NCBI RefSeq assembly: GCF_001194135.2
Contig: NC_068983.1
Coordinates: forward strand, 28,506,369-28,541,683
Length of the DNA: 35,315 bases
Direction of reading: 5' to 3'
DNA from: Octopus bimaculoides
Taxonomy: Eukaryota
Below the pieces are notes generated by a model, which worked only from the letters and a program-made list of their open reading frames with translations, made no database searches and was not told where the DNA came from. The position numbers and the translations under genes are program-made. Of this stretch, positions 34,638 to 35,315 are shown piece by piece. The stretch's first letter is position 1, and every line of letters starts with the position of its first letter.

Positions 34638-34645
34638 CATATATA

Positions 34646-35279
34646 GGTGCAGGAGTGGCTGTGCAGTAAGAAGCTTGCTTCCCAACCACATGGTTCTGGG
34701 TTCAGTCCCACTTCATGGCACCTTGGGCAAGTGTCCTCTACTATAGCCTTGGGCTGACCAAAGCCTTTTGAGCAGATTTTGTAGACAGAAATGTTAGCAC
34801 ACTGGACAAAATGCTTAGCGGTATTTTGTCTGCCGTTGCGTTCTGAGTTCAAATTCCGCCTAGGTCGACTTTGCCTTTCATCCTTTCAGGGTCAATAAAT
34901 TAAGTACCTGCTATACACTGAGGTCGATGTAATCGACTTAATCTCTTTGTCTGTCTTTGTTTGTCCCCTCTATGTTTAGCCCCTCATGGGCAATAAAGAA
35001 ATAAGATATGGAAAAGAAGCCTGTTGTACATATATATATATATGTGTGTGTGTGCCATTGTGTCTATGTTTGTCCCCCAAATCACTGCTTGACAACCATT
35101 GTTGGTGTGTTTATGTCCCTGTAACTTAACGGTTTGGCAAAAGAGACAGATAGAATAAGTACTGGGTTTGAAAATAATTAAGTCCCGGGTTCGATTTGTC
35201 TGAATGAAGCCCTTCAAAGTGGTGCTCCAGCATGGCTGCAGTCAAATAACTGAAATAAATAAATAAATAAATAAATAAG

Positions 35280-35284
<5 letters not shown>
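34646..35284 (+). mobile_element. Full-length SINE family A interrupted by a nested family B copy
   Basis: A head and core 34646-34790, B copy ~34786-35006, A resumes at ..gaaaagaagcc 35007-35284 and ends in (TAAA)n. Confidence 0.9.
34786..35006 (+). mobile_element. 5'-truncated SINE family B nested in family A
   Basis: gttagcacactggacaaaatgcttagcgg..gtcgactttgcctttcatcc..aataaagaaataaga; co-linear with 27269-27486. Confidence 0.9.

Positions 35285-35315
<31 letters not shown>

Overview
AT-rich eukaryotic genomic DNA from a gapped short-read assembly, with 8 N-runs mostly flanked by (TA)n or (CA)n microsatellites. The SINE families and microsatellite style match my recollection of Octopus (coleoid cephalopod) genomes; this is recognition from memory, not a database result. 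No intact protein-coding ORF is present. The window looks like intronic or intergenic sequence packed with decayed mobile elements: at least five SINE-like families (labelled A-E here), a near full-length degenerate Ty3/Gypsy gag-pol, a second gag relic, an RTE LINE, several R4/Dong-type LINE fragments, mariner-derived MITEs and Penelope-like terminal repeats. A few short minus-strand stretches have good splice signals and one open frame, and may be exons of an unidentified host gene. The most notable hidden signal is two compact type I hammerhead ribozyme folds on the + strand (16480-16538 and 21138-21198). All three stems can be paired by eye, and stem III is short and near-palindromic, as in the dimer-acting hammerheads of Penelope-like elements. 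A broken third motif lies on the - strand near 24231-24280. Repeat boundaries are approximate (about +/-10-20 bp) unless a TSD or TIR is given.
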